Origin: Methanothermococcus sp. SCGC AD-155-E23
GTDB taxonomy: Archaea > AGJL01 > Methanococci > Methanococcales > Methanococcaceae
Direction of reading: 5' to 3'
Length of the DNA stretch: 64,000 nt
Assembly (NCBI GenBank): GCA_019561615.1
Contig: JAHEQA010000004.1
Coordinates: 42,867-106,866, forward strand
Of the stretch, positions 1-10,074 are shown piece by piece. Numbering within the stretch: position 1 is the first letter of the stretch; every line of letters begins with the position of its first letter. The position numbers and the translations under genes are program-made. The notes under the pieces were generated by a model. The model was given only the letters and a program-made list of their open reading frames with translations, did no database searches and was not told the origin of the DNA.

Positions 1-112
1 TTATCTCCCTACATACCTCTACGGCATGTTTTCTAGATATTCTAAGAGCTCTACCCATGGCCCTTGCAGTTTTCTCAGGATCTGTCTCAATTTTATACTT
101 CAACTTCCCCAT
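1..112 (-). CDS. rpl22: 50S ribosomal protein L22 (N-terminal part, truncated by window edge)
   Basis: Manual translation MGKLKYKIETDPEKTARAMGRALRISRKHAVEVCREI..., typical archaeal uL22 N-terminus; GGTGA RBS upstream. Confidence 0.9.
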   Translation of the reverse strand, partial: MGKLKYKIETDPEKTARAMGRALRISRKHAVEVCREI

Positions 113-122
113 ACCCTTCACC

Positions 123-347
123 TTAACCCTTTATAATAGAGATACCTAGCTTTAACATTAACTTTAAAGCGTTGAGATAAGAGACCCTAACATTACCTAT
201 TAGTTTTTTCAAAAGGGGATCAGGTTTCTTACTGCCTATCTCTAAAATAAGACTGTCTTTATGACGTACCCTTAGGGTGTATCCCTTTTTCTCGATAAAA
301 TCTACGAACTCCCTAATTTCCTTAAACTTCTTTATATATTTTACCAT
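123..347 (-). CDS. hypothetical protein, 74 aa, basic
   Basis: Fills the gap between EF-1beta and rpl22 on the same strand; AGGT RBS-like sequence; no recognised motif. Confidence 0.6.
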   Translation of the reverse strand: MVKYIKKFKEIREFVDFIEKKGYTLRVRHKDSLILEIGSKKPDPLLKKLIGNVRVSYLNALKLMLKLGISIIKG

Positions 348-378
348 GGATATAACCTGAGAAGTTTATTAAAAATAG

Positions 379-648
379 TCAGGCCAGGGATACCTCTACA
401 ACCTCTACACTTTCCACATCCTCTAAACCACTTAATTCCTTCTCAAGAGGTTCAGTTCCCCCCTCCTTCTCCTCCATCTCCACCAGGACGTAAATGGCAT
501 AGAGTCCAAAGGCCAGGGGCTCCTCTAAGATATTGAGACATCTTACTCCCATATTTTCTACAGCTTCTTTAATCCTCTCCTTTAAACGCTCCCTATCTAC
601 CTGAGGGCTTACAGGCATAACCTTTATCTTGGCAATAACCTTAGCCAT
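379..648 (-). CDS. ef1b: translation elongation factor aEF-1 beta
   Basis: KIKVMPVSP...EEPLAFGL...EGGTEPLE signature, 89 aa. Confidence 0.95.
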   Translation of the reverse strand: MAKVIAKIKVMPVSPQVDRERLKERIKEAVENMGVRCLNILEEPLAFGLYAIYVLVEMEEKEGGTEPLEKELSGLEDVESVEVVEVSLA

Positions 649-668
649 ATCTTACACCTTACTAATTT

Positions 669-833
669 TTATGGACCTTCAAATCCACAGGCTGGGCACT
701 TGTAGGGGTTGCTTAACTTCCTACACCTTTCACATCTTACTATCTCCACCTTCCCACAGTTTGGACATAGGAACCTTGTAGCATGTTCCCTAGGTGCTAT
801 CTCTGCATTACAGGAGGTACATACATACTTCAT
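669..833 (-). CDS. small Zn-ribbon protein (DUF1610/HVO_2753-like), 54 aa, below the ORF-track cutoff
   Basis: Manual translation [54 protein letters not shown]; four CxxC, C-terminal GFEGP; usual position upstream of aEF-1beta; GGTGA RBS. Confidence 0.92.
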   Translation of the reverse strand: MKYVCTSCNAEIAPREHATRFLCPNCGKVEIVRCERCRKLSNPYKCPACGFEGP

Positions 834-868
834 TCTATCACCATAATCTATTTAAATTTTTAATTTTA

Positions 869-1522
869 TCAATCTACTCTAATTTTAGTATATATATCTT
901 CCCTTCCCCTGAGGGCATTTACAACTCTCTCTGGGTACCTCCCGTTGACCACTATACACTCTATTCCATATCTCATTGAAAGTTTTGGTAGATAGCTATC
1001 TACCGAGGTAAAGCCTCTAAGGGATTTTGCACTTATAGTATTTAACAGTTTTCCCCCAGGATATCTGTCGTATATACCATCCACATCTGTGGCTATTATC
1101 ACCCTCTTCAACTTTAGAAGTTTAGCTATATAGAGGGCTATGGAGTCTGAGGTGACCTCCCAGGAGTGTGGAAGTTCATCTGTGGAGAGTATAACGTTAG
1201 ATGGTAGCAGTACCACTATGCCACCCTGGAGAAGTGCAGCCTTGGCATCGTAGAGGGTGTCTACAGTTCTAATATGGGATACATCGGAGAGGTAAACACC
1301 CATCATATCCATGGCCATGAGGGCCATCCTGTGGGATGCCCTGTTACTTAACCTTGCCTCCCTGTCCAAATCCCTTACAGCCTCTGCAAACATCCCCCCT
1401 CCAGGTACAACAACTATCCTGTTATCCTTACCGCTGATAGATTTCAAGGTATTCAATAGAGGTTTTACATCCTGGGCTAAACTTCCTCCTATCTTTATCA
1501 GGTGAAGGTTATCTACCTTCAT
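869..1522 (-). CDS. mfnE: amino-acid-kinase family protein, [5-(aminomethyl)furan-3-yl]methyl phosphate kinase (methanofuran synthesis)
   Basis: KIGGS, VPGGGMFA, HSWEVTSDSIA, TDVDGIY motifs. Confidence 0.8.
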   Translation of the reverse strand: MKVDNLHLIKIGGSLAQDVKPLLNTLKSISGKDNRIVVVPGGGMFAEAVRDLDREARLSNRASHRMALMAMDMMGVYLSDVSHIRTVDTLYDAKAALLQGGIVVLLPSNVILSTDELPHSWEVTSDSIALYIAKLLKLKRVIIATDVDGIYDRYPGGKLLNTISAKSLRGFTSVDSYLPKLSMRYGIECIVVNGRYPERVVNALRGREDIYTKIRVD

Positions 1523-1530
1523 CCTCTCCC

Positions 1531-1547
1531 CCGAAAAATATATATAT
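1531..1547 (+). promoter_or_regulatory. BRE-TATA promoter of tRNA-Trp
   Basis: CCGAAAAATATATATAT about 30-45 nt upstream of the tRNA; the same motif precedes tRNA-Ala and tRNA-Phe. Confidence 0.7.
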
Positions 1548-1575
1548 CACTTAGTACTCTTTTAGGGATGCCAGT

Positions 1576-1691
1576 GGGGATATGGTGTAGTCTGGTCTAT
1601 CATCGGGGACTCCAAGTGCCTATATGGGCTTGGACCAACCCCGTGCAGGAGAAATCCCCGGACCTGGGTTCAAATCCCAGTATCCCCACCA
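1576..1691 (+). tRNA. tRNA-Trp(CCA) with 38-nt intron (1616-1653) at position 37/38
   Basis: Acceptor GGGGATA/TATCCCC, encoded CCA, GTTCAAATC T-loop, bulge-helix-bulge (CTCC/GGAG helix flanked by 3-nt bulges). Confidence 0.95.
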
Positions 1692-1698
1692 TTTTTTT
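1692..1698 (+). terminator. oligo-T terminator after tRNA-Trp
   Basis: T7 immediately after CCA. Confidence 0.55.
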
Positions 1699-1721
1699 AA
1701 TATGAGGATATATCCATGCAT

Positions 1722-2615
1722 CTAAATACATGGAATGAAACATTCACGATCTAACTGGTTGGGGTCTATCTCCACAACCATCTCCCCATTCTTGAATATC
1801 CTAACCACCCCACTTTCAGAGACTGTAATAGCCACGGCACCTGTATGCTTTGAAATAGCTGCGGCAGCGTAGTGTCTAGCCCCTAGACCTAGAGGTAGAT
1901 TTAAGGTACAGTGTAGGGGTTCCAGATATCTACCTGCAGATATAACCTCCCCTTTATCACCGATTATAAAGGCACCGTCTATACCTGCAAGTTCCTTTAT
2001 GGTCCCCCTCACCTTTTTATCGAATATTACAGCCTGGTGCCCCTTAAAGGGATTGAGTATAAGTTGACTGGACATTTTAAGAACCTTTTCACTGTTACCT
2101 ACCACAAATATGGCTCCCACAGGCTTCCCCTCCTTTCCCTCAAGGGATAACTCCATAGCTATATCTAACACCTGATTAACCACCAGTCTCTTAACACCCT
2201 CCAGGGAGTTGATAAACCTGTAGAACCTCATGAGGAAATCACTGGAGGCTACATCTATCAGGGATATAGTATCTATACTGCCAGGTACCCTGGGGGTTCC
2301 CAGTATAGCTACTACAGTATCTCCTTCCTTAACTAGATCCTTCTGAATAAGTTTTATCATAGCCTGTTTTACCATGGCAGATTTATACCTGTTTCTATAC
2401 TTGAGAAGTAGGGGTACAATCCCCTTTTCATTTTTTAAGGAGGAGTAGGTGCTCTCATTAGGTGTAGCTACAACTATCTTTAAATCTCCCTCATTTTTCA
2501 GGTACTTTTTAAGTATCCTGTAAGTTCTACCTGTCTCTGTAAATATCAGAAGGACATCCCCCACCTCCTGGGCTAGGGAGTAACCATGTTTTACAATAGA
2601 TTCTGTTTTATCCAT
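1722..2615 (-). CDS. dacZ: diadenylate cyclase, DacZ-type (pyruvate-kinase C-terminal-like domain plus DisA_N/DAC domain)
   Basis: EGKEGKPVG, IDGAF and GLGARH DAC motifs; N-terminal IFTETGRT/VATPN PK_C-like segment. Confidence 0.8.
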   Translation of the reverse strand: MDKTESIVKHGYSLAQEVGDVLLIFTETGRTYRILKKYLKNEGDLKIVVATPNESTYSSLKNEKGIVPLLLKYRNRYKSAMVKQAMIKLIQKDLVKEGDTVVAILGTPRVPGSIDTISLIDVASSDFLMRFYRFINSLEGVKRLVVNQVLDIAMELSLEGKEGKPVGAIFVVGNSEKVLKMSSQLILNPFKGHQAVIFDKKVRGTIKELAGIDGAFIIGDKGEVISAGRYLEPLHCTLNLPLGLGARHYAAAAISKHTGAVAITVSESGVVRIFKNGEMVVEIDPNQLDRECFIPCI

Positions 2616-2698
2616 AGGATCACCAACCTTTATAGAGGGAAAGAAAGAATGATTATAATTACTTCTCTAATTATTGATAACCTTTTAGGAGGGAAAAA

Positions 2699-4567
2699 AT
2701 GAAAAAACTACCTCTCATAGTTGTATTTCTTCTCTTCCTCAGTGGTTGTCTTCAAAAGTCAGAGATGGATAAGCTAGAGGATTTTAAAGTGGTAATAGCA
2801 GATGAGAAAAACTTTAAGGATTTTTTAAATAGGTTGGAAAGTGGAGGTTACACCCCTCTAGATGTTAAAAAATCCTATACTCCAACTCTGGAGAGTTCCC
2901 TCTCCAAGGAGGAGGCTCCCATAGCTATAGAGAGATACTCCAGAACTAACGTCCAGGTTGAGGGGATAGATGAAGGGGATATTGTAAAAAGTGACGGTAG
3001 GTATATCTACTTCTCCCCAGAGGCCGATGTAAAGATAATGTACCATATATATCCACCTCCATGGAGGAGAAAAACCTATATTGTAGAGGCCTTTCCCCCA
3101 GCATCTGCAGGGGTAGTTGGTAACATATCCCATGGAGGTATCCTCTACCTCTCCAATCACACCTTGGTAGTGATAGAGAGGGATAAAATACTAGGTTATG
3201 ATGTAAGCTCTCCTAGAGATCCAAGGTTGAAGTGGAAGATAGATATAGATGGTACCTATGTGGATTCCAGGTTGTACAGTGGAAAACTCTACCTGGTAGT
3301 TAGGAAGAGGGAGATAAAATACCCCCTTCCCTGGATGGATACAGAGATTAAGAATTACTACATCCCTATCCTACCTTCCACAGTATCCTACAACTTCCAG
3401 GACTCCTACATAGTGTCAGCAATAGATCTAGACAGTGGGAATATCTCCAAGGTTGTAGCCCTACCAGGTTCCAGGAGTACAGTTGTCTACATGTCAAAGA
3501 ACAGGATATACCTTGCCTATTATTTAGGCCCAAATATCAAGAGGTTGTACCTTCAATTCCTAGAGGAGAACCTGGATAAGTACTTCCCAGAGGATGTGAG
3601 GGATATACTTAGACATATAATAGACTCGAAGTACTTCAGTGACGATGCAAAGTTCCTGGAGGTAAAGAGGGTAATAAACAATTACTTAAGAACCTTGGAG
3701 GGGGAGGAGGCCCTAAACTTGAGAAATACCTTGGAGAAAGACTTCGAGAAGTACTTAGAGGAGCACTGGGAGGAACTTGAAAAAACAGGAATAGTAGGTA
3801 TAGACATAGACACCTTCCAGGTTAAAAGTGGCAGTGTTCCAGGGAGGCTTGTAAACTCCTACGCCATGGATGAGTACAGAGGATATCTAAGGGTTGCCAC
3901 TACAGTAGGAGATTACTGGAGGTACAGGGATAGAAGTACCAACAATATCTACGTCCTTAAAGACCTGGAGGTATATGGGAAACTTACAGGGCTTGCCAGG
4001 GGGGAGAGGATCTACGGGGTAAGGTTTATGGGGGATGTTGCCTACCTTGTCACCTACAGGGAGAAGGACCCCCTCTTTGTAATAGATCTAAGTGACCCTA
4101 GGAATCCCAAACTCCTTGGAAAGTTGAAGATACCTGGTTACTCCACCTACCTCCATCCCATAGATGACAGTAGATTAATTGGGGTAGGTAGGGATGAGAG
4201 AGGTAATTTGAAGGTATCCCTCTTCAACGTAGAGAATAAAACTAATCCTATAGAGGTGGATCGATTTATACTTCCCAAGTACTGGTCTCCTGTACTTTAC
4301 AACCCTCACGCCTTTCTATGGGATGAGGAGAACAGGATATTTGTAATTCCAACGGGAGACAGTTGTTATATATTCAGGATAAAGGGGGATAGGATATCCC
4401 TGGAGATGGAAGATGTCCACAGGGGAAATGTTTTAAGATCCCTCTATATTAACCATTACCTCTACACCCTCTCAAACAAGGAGATCCATGTAATAGATAT
4501 GGGGGATTGGAAGGTTGTTAAAAAGGTGATAATACAGGAACCCAGAACGGTTTGGATAAACAACTAA
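2699..4567 (+). CDS. secreted lipoprotein with beta-propeller domain
   Basis: Lipobox LSGC; TNVQVEGIDEGDIVKSDG, YLVTYREKDPLFVIDLSDP, LKIPGYSTYLHP motifs. Confidence 0.85.
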   Translation: MKKLPLIVVFLLFLSGCLQKSEMDKLEDFKVVIADEKNFKDFLNRLESGGYTPLDVKKSYTPTLESSLSKEEAPIAIERYSRTNVQVEGIDEGDIVKSDGRYIYFSPEADVKIMYHIYPPPWRRKTYIVEAFPPASAGVVGNISHGGILYLSNHTLVVIERDKILGYDVSSPRDPRLKWKIDIDGTYVDSRLYSGKLYLVVRKREIKYPLPWMDTEIKNYYIPILPSTVSYNFQDSYIVSAIDLDSGNISKVVALPGSRSTVVYMSKNRIYLAYYLGPNIKRLYLQFLEENLDKYFPEDVRDILRHIIDSKYFSDDAKFLEVKRVINNYLRTLEGEEALNLRNTLEKDFEKYLEEHWEELEKTGIVGIDIDTFQVKSGSVPGRLVNSYAMDEYRGYLRVATTVGDYWRYRDRSTNNIYVLKDLEVYGKLTGLARGERIYGVRFMGDVAYLVTYREKDPLFVIDLSDPRNPKLLGKLKIPGYSTYLHPIDDSRLIGVGRDERGNLKVSLFNVENKTNPIEVDRFILPKYWSPVLYNPHAFLWDEENRIFVIPTGDSCYIFRIKGDRISLEMEDVHRGNVLRSLYINHYLYTLSNKEIHVIDMGDWKVVKKVIIQEPRTVWINN

Positions 4568-5334
4568 TTTATTCTCGTCCCAATACTCTCATCCCCTATT
4601 AGCCCTCTATAGATGTTGCCCCTCCTACTCCCGTTGAATATAAGTACCTTGACACCCATCTTGTAGGCCTCCATCACCTTGAGGTACATTCCCCCAGTTA
4701 CATCCTCCTTTTTAGAGGACTTTAGATATTTCACAACCTCTTTTATGTTTTCTGAGTTGATACTCCTTATTACCTCACCCTCTCCATCTAGTACCCCATC
4801 TACATCTGAGGCGTGGAGACTTATATCTGGTTTTAATCTTTTAGTGAGATAGGGTAGTGCATGATCTCCAGAGAATATCCTATAACCCTCTCTCTCAGAT
4901 ATTACAACGTCTCCATGGATTACTGGTACCAACCCCCTTTTTAACATACCCTCTATTACGTAGGTGTCAAAGTGGATTCCCTCCTCCCTGAAGGCTACAA
5001 AGGAGGAGGGCTGGATAGAAACCCCTGGGATACCATAATCCTGAAGGGCATCTATCACCAAGGTGTTGAACCTCCTCATGGCTTTTTGAATCTCCCAAAA
5101 ACCCCTCTCCATATTTTCAAATCTTCCCTTTTTCATGTATTTCCTTGCCACAGGGTGGCCAAAGGAACCTCCTCCGTGGATAAGTATCAGCTTCAACTCC
5201 TCCCCCCTCTCTAGGTAGTAGTCCATAGCCCTCCTGATCTCCTCTGCAACCCTCTCTAAGTTGTCCCACTTTACAGAGAAGGGGATGTCCCTGTTACAGA
5301 GTACACTACCTCCAATCTTCAAGATCGCAAACAT
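4564..5334 (-). CDS. ipk: isopentenyl phosphate kinase
   Basis: KIGGS, IHGGGSFGH, HGDV, SGD, DVTGGM motifs. Confidence 0.9.
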   Translation of the reverse strand: MFAILKIGGSVLCNRDIPFSVKWDNLERVAEEIRRAMDYYLERGEELKLILIHGGGSFGHPVARKYMKKGRFENMERGFWEIQKAMRRFNTLVIDALQDYGIPGVSIQPSSFVAFREEGIHFDTYVIEGMLKRGLVPVIHGDVVISEREGYRIFSGDHALPYLTKRLKPDISLHASDVDGVLDGEGEVIRSINSENIKEVVKYLKSSKKEDVTGGMYLKVMEAYKMGVKVLIFNGSRRGNIYRGLIGDESIGTRIN

Positions 5335-5402
5335 ACTATCCCAATACTTTTTTTATAATCTTCTTAATAATTAATAATGAGAGTCTTAATTCTGGTGAAA
5401 CT

Positions 5403-6803
5403 ATGTTTATAAATGGGAAGTGGATACTACGAAAGGATCTAGAGGTTTTCAACCCCTACAACCTTGAGACCATAGGATACATACCCTCTCTAAGTAGGGA
5501 GGAGGTTAGGGAGGCTATCTCCATAGCCCAGGAGTATAAAGATACAATGAAGGAGTTGTCCCCCTCTAAGCGATACGGTATCCTAATGGATATAGCTAGG
5601 GAGATTCAGAGGAGGAAGGAGGAGTTGGCAAGGATTATAACCCTAGATGCAGGGAAGCCTATAAGGCAGTCTATAATAGAGGTGGATAGATGTATAGGGG
5701 TATTTAAACTTGCAGCCTTCTACGCCAAGGAGATGAGGGGGGAGACCATACCTCTAGAGGATGGGATAATACTGACAAAGAGAGAACCTGTAGGTCTCCT
5801 AGGCGCCATAACCCCCTTTAACTTCCCCCTGAATCTGGTGGCACATAAGGTAGCCCCTGCCATTGCAGTTGGTAACGTTGTAGTGCTTCACCCCTCCCCT
5901 AAGGCTCCAATGGCAGCCATTGAACTAACGAAGATTATAGAGAAGGTACTTAAAAAGAGGGAAGTACCTCTAGGAGTCTTCCACCTCTTAACTGGTAGGG
6001 GGGAGATAGTTGGGGATGAGATAGTAAGGAACGAGAATGTAAATATGGTATCCTTCACTGGGAGTGTGGAGGTTGGGGAGTCTATTACAAGGAACGCTGG
6101 ATTTAAAAAGATAACGCTGGAGTTGGGAGGTAACAACCCCACCATTGTACTTAAGGACGCCCCTATAGATAGGGCTGTTAAGTCTACAGTTAGGGGGAAG
6201 TTTCTAAACGCTGGCCAGGTATGTATATCTGTAGGTAAGGTGTTAGTTGAGGAGGAGGTTGCAGAGAGTTTTATAGAGGGGGTAATTAGGGAGACTAAGA
6301 AGTTGAAGGTTGGGGATCCAATGAAGAGGGAGACAGATGTAGGACCCCTTATCACACCTGAAAGTGCTGAGAGGGTGGAGAATCTTATAAAACAGGCGTT
6401 GGAGGAGGGAGGTAAACTTCTCTACGGAGGAAAGAGGGAAGGGAATATAGTCTATCCTACGGTGATGGAGGTAGATGCAGACAATATACTCTGTAAGGTA
6501 GAGGTATTTGGCCCTGTACTGCCTATAGTTAGGGTGGAGAGTATGGAGGAGGCTGTAGAGATAAGTAACAACAGCATATACGGGTTACATGCCGGGGTAT
6601 TTACAAGGGACATAGAGAAGGCCCTTTGGATAGCAGATAAACTGGAGTATGGAGGGGTTATAATAAACAACAGTCCAACATTTAGGGTGGACAACATGCC
6701 CTTTGGAGGGGTTAAGAGAAGTGGTTTAGGGAGAGAAGGTGTAAAGTACGCCATAGAGGAGATGAGTGAGATAAAGACTGTTGTAATAAAGTTAGATAGG
6801 TGA
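5403..6803 (+). CDS. NAD-dependent aldehyde dehydrogenase (lactaldehyde dehydrogenase type)
   Basis: ITPFNFPLNL, FTGS, LELGGN, GQVCIS, EVFGP motifs. Confidence 0.85.
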   Translation: MFINGKWILRKDLEVFNPYNLETIGYIPSLSREEVREAISIAQEYKDTMKELSPSKRYGILMDIAREIQRRKEELARIITLDAGKPIRQSIIEVDRCIGVFKLAAFYAKEMRGETIPLEDGIILTKREPVGLLGAITPFNFPLNLVAHKVAPAIAVGNVVVLHPSPKAPMAAIELTKIIEKVLKKREVPLGVFHLLTGRGEIVGDEIVRNENVNMVSFTGSVEVGESITRNAGFKKITLELGGNNPTIVLKDAPIDRAVKSTVRGKFLNAGQVCISVGKVLVEEEVAESFIEGVIRETKKLKVGDPMKRETDVGPLITPESAERVENLIKQALEEGGKLLYGGKREGNIVYPTVMEVDADNILCKVEVFGPVLPIVRVESMEEAVEISNNSIYGLHAGVFTRDIEKALWIADKLEYGGVIINNSPTFRVDNMPFGGVKRSGLGREGVKYAIEEMSEIKTVVIKLDR

Positions 6804-6807
6804 AAAT

Positions 6808-8967
6808 ATGAGCTCCAGAAATCTACTTTTAATCTTTATTGTTGGAGTCTCTCTTTTAAGTTGTCATGCCCTAGATGTAGAGTATAAATGGGCCTCGACA
6901 ATTCCTGTCAAGTATATACCTCTCTCCTCTATTACAACAGAGGAGGAGTTAAACTACTACCTGAACAACAAGGATATAGTTGTCTTCTACATAGACAATG
7001 AATTTAATATAAGGAGGGACGAATGGAAGCTCTACAAACTTAACATTACCAGGGTTATTCCAGAGAGGATCCCTGATTACGGAGAGTACCTCTTCGTAGA
7101 TCTGGGGAACAGTATAGTACTCTACCCTGAAGGTTTTACAACATCCACTAAAAAGTACGTCTTCCGTGATGACGATGGAGGATTGATATACTGCCCACCG
7201 AAACCTGTAAACAACACCCGCTATGTCCCTAAACATGTCCCCCCAATCTATGTAGAGGTACCAGGTAGGATTCCTGAATTTGACGGTTATGCTCTAATAG
7301 TCAACGGCACCTTTGTCCTCTACCCCAAAAAGTATGTAATTAGAGAGGAAGACGGTTCCTTAGTTTATCATCCACCTATGAACGCCAGTGGGAACAGAGA
7401 GCTTCTAGAGGTTTATGGGTATGTCGTTGAAAGGATTCCAGAGTATTACAACTACACCCTGGTCTCTACTGAGAGTATTTTTATTCTATACCCCAAGAAG
7501 TATATTGTAAGGACTGAAGATGGTACACTTATCTACAACCCACCTGTAGAGGTAAAGGAGGAGGTACCAGTATATAACATTACTACAAGGGTGATAGATG
7601 GAGAGAGAGGTATATTCGAGATCAAACCTAAGAAGATACTTATTACCTCTAACATAGATCCAGATAGCAAGGAGATACTGGACTTTGTGGGCTACTACGT
7701 CTCCGAGCACAATGGGACCTTTGCCTATATAAATAAGGTACCTCCCAGGTACAGACATACCCTTGTAACAGCTGTGGCTGTCCAGAGAGCTGTATTGGAT
7801 GAGAAGGGGGACTATATCATAGAGGTGGCAGGGCGTAAGTTAAAGGTAGACTGGAGGGACGACCAACTGCTAAATAAGAAGATAAGGCGTCTAAAGGCAC
7901 TCTCAAAACTACTGAGAATAAATATTACCTATATTTCCACAGGGGATGAACTCCTGGATATCATCGAAAATAGTGAGATAGATAGGGAAGAGTTAGAGGA
8001 GTTACTTAATACCTACTGGTTTAAAAAGAGGTTGAAGAATATCTACTTCCACACCTATGTAAGTTCCCTGGATAGAGGATACTACACCAGAGATTTGGAT
8101 ATCCTTTCCATGGGCTACTACCCAAACATATACGTCCACAAGGCACCTGAGACCTTTAAAAATGATCCAATAGGTGGTTTCTACCCAGAAACTATATCAT
8201 ATGTAGGAACTGTTAAGATGGGATACTGGGGGAAGGAGTTAAACTCTGAGAACGAGTACTATTACCATGTAAAGGATGAACCTGGTGCCGAGGAGGGGAT
8301 CACATACTGGTACTACCAGGGAAGACCTGTATCTCCAACTATGGACTTTAAGTTAAACGAGGAGAAGTACAAGTACTTCAATCACTGGTTTGTAAAGAAC
8401 TACGGTAACACCCTGACTAGAGGAGCAGATGGATTACTACTACCTTCAAGTGATAGGTATCTCCTAGATGCAGTACTTGGCAGGGACAACAAGGAGATAA
8501 ATTGGAAGCTAGACATAGAGGGGAAGGTAGAGTACATTGTAATGCCTGGAAAGGGGAAACCTGCCATAGAGGGAAAAATTACCCTTTTGAAGGTACCTGG
8601 GATATTTGAGGACCTATATGGAGTGCCCTATATAAAAGAGTGCTACATTCCTCCAGAGGAGGAGAGACCTGGAGTATATATAGGGGATATAGTAGGATAC
8701 AACTACAGTAGGTTGTACTACTGGAAGGATAACTACACCTGGATCTGTTCCTTTAGAGACTACGCCAGATGGATAAGGAACTACATAGAGAGTGGGATAT
8801 TTGTAAAGGATGATGGCAGTGTTCAACTAATAACCAGTATCCCTGTAAAGGTAACCATATACACAAAAAATGTTACCTATCCTGCAAATGTCTCTGTAGA
8901 GGAGTACAGTAAAGATCTAAACAAGGTGGTGCTCTACCTCCCAGGAGGCTCATATCAGGTAAAGTAA
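6808..8967 (+). CDS. secreted hypothetical protein with three internal ~45-aa repeats
   Basis: 719-aa ORF with N-terminal signal peptide, GGTGA RBS and repeated RIPxY...LYPKKY...DGxLxYxPP units. Confidence 0.8.
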   Translation: MSSRNLLLIFIVGVSLLSCHALDVEYKWASTIPVKYIPLSSITTEEELNYYLNNKDIVVFYIDNEFNIRRDEWKLYKLNITRVIPERIPDYGEYLFVDLGNSIVLYPEGFTTSTKKYVFRDDDGGLIYCPPKPVNNTRYVPKHVPPIYVEVPGRIPEFDGYALIVNGTFVLYPKKYVIREEDGSLVYHPPMNASGNRELLEVYGYVVERIPEYYNYTLVSTESIFILYPKKYIVRTEDGTLIYNPPVEVKEEVPVYNITTRVIDGERGIFEIKPKKILITSNIDPDSKEILDFVGYYVSEHNGTFAYINKVPPRYRHTLVTAVAVQRAVLDEKGDYIIEVAGRKLKVDWRDDQLLNKKIRRLKALSKLLRINITYISTGDELLDIIENSEIDREELEELLNTYWFKKRLKNIYFHTYVSSLDRGYYTRDLDILSMGYYPNIYVHKAPETFKNDPIGGFYPETISYVGTVKMGYWGKELNSENEYYYHVKDEPGAEEGITYWYYQGRPVSPTMDFKLNEEKYKYFNHWFVKNYGNTLTRGADGLLLPSSDRYLLDAVLGRDNKEINWKLDIEGKVEYIVMPGKGKPAIEGKITLLKVPGIFEDLYGVPYIKECYIPPEEERPGVYIGDIVGYNYSRLYYWKDNYTWICSFRDYARWIRNYIESGIFVKDDGSVQLITSIPVKVTIYTKNVTYPANVSVEEYSKDLNKVVLYLPGGSYQVK

Positions 8968-9045
8968 TTTTTATCTTTTTTTAAAATTTTTAAATAATAA
9001 TTTAATAGTTATTTTTAAAGTCTTTATACAGTATCCGGTGATAAC

Positions 9046-10068
9046 ATGGATGTATGGATAGATTTTACAAATTCACCCCATGTTCACTATTTTTCCCAAC
9101 TTATAAAGAGGTTTGAGAGGGAGGGAATAGAATACCTTATAACTTACAGGAGATTTAAAAACCTTGAATCTATTGTTAAACTCTACAACTATAACTCACC
9201 CCCTGTACTTGTAGGAGCCCATGGAGAGAGTTTAGAGGAGAAACTTCTAAACTCTGCAGATAGGATTATCAAGTTGACAAAGATGATAATGAAGGACAAA
9301 CCTCAGGTGGCTATTGCAAAACACTCAGTTGAACTTCCAAGGGTGGCCTTTGGTTTAAATATCCCCTCTATATTTGTGGTGGACAACGAGTATGCAGAGG
9401 CCCAGAATAGATTGACCTTACCTATAGTAGATGAGGTCATCTCCCCCCAAGGTACTAACAGGGATCTTTTAAGGAGACAGGGGGGTAGAGATTTCTTAAC
9501 CTTCGAGGGTACCTGTGAGGTGGCACATATAAACTCCAGGTTTAACAACGTACTACCTTTAGATAGGGAGATAGTGGAAAGAATAGGGTTAAGTAGGGAT
9601 CTTCCCCTTATAGTTATGAGGCCCTGTCCAAACTCCTCCTACTGCAACGGTAAGAAGGACATACTACCCTTTATCATTAAAGAGTTAAGGAGGATCATGG
9701 ACTGCAATATCGTGGTATTTCCAAGGAGTAAGAAACAGAGGAGGATGTATTCCCTTCTAGGAGTTACCATACCTGAGGTCGTAGATACCATATCCCTACT
9801 CTACTACGCCGATGCCATGGTGGGAGCAGGAGGTACTATGAATAGGGAGGCTGCAGTTATAGGGGTACCAACTGTATCCTGTTATCCTGGATGTATCCTC
9901 GGTGTAGACAACTACCTGATAGAGAGAGGTAGGATGGTACATCTAGTATCTGTGAAGGAGATTGTAAGCTACATAGAGGAGAACGTTGGGAAGAGGAGTA
10001 ACAGTATCCATCTGGAGGATCCTACAGATCTCATGTTTGAAAGGGTATGTGAATACCTGAAGAGGTAG
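9046..10068 (+). CDS. DUF354 family protein (GT-B glycosyltransferase-like)
   Basis: WIDFTNSPHVHYF, VDNEYA, GAGGTMNREAA motifs. Confidence 0.85.
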   Translation: MDVWIDFTNSPHVHYFSQLIKRFEREGIEYLITYRRFKNLESIVKLYNYNSPPVLVGAHGESLEEKLLNSADRIIKLTKMIMKDKPQVAIAKHSVELPRVAFGLNIPSIFVVDNEYAEAQNRLTLPIVDEVISPQGTNRDLLRRQGGRDFLTFEGTCEVAHINSRFNNVLPLDREIVERIGLSRDLPLIVMRPCPNSSYCNGKKDILPFIIKELRRIMDCNIVVFPRSKKQRRMYSLLGVTIPEVVDTISLLYYADAMVGAGGTMNREAAVIGVPTVSCYPGCILGVDNYLIERGRMVHLVSVKEIVSYIEENVGKRSNSIHLEDPTDLMFERVCEYLKR

Positions 10069-10074
10069 GAAAGT

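Noticed and set aside
1502-1705. 67-aa ORF on the plus strand
   Set aside because: Overlaps tRNA-Trp and its promoter
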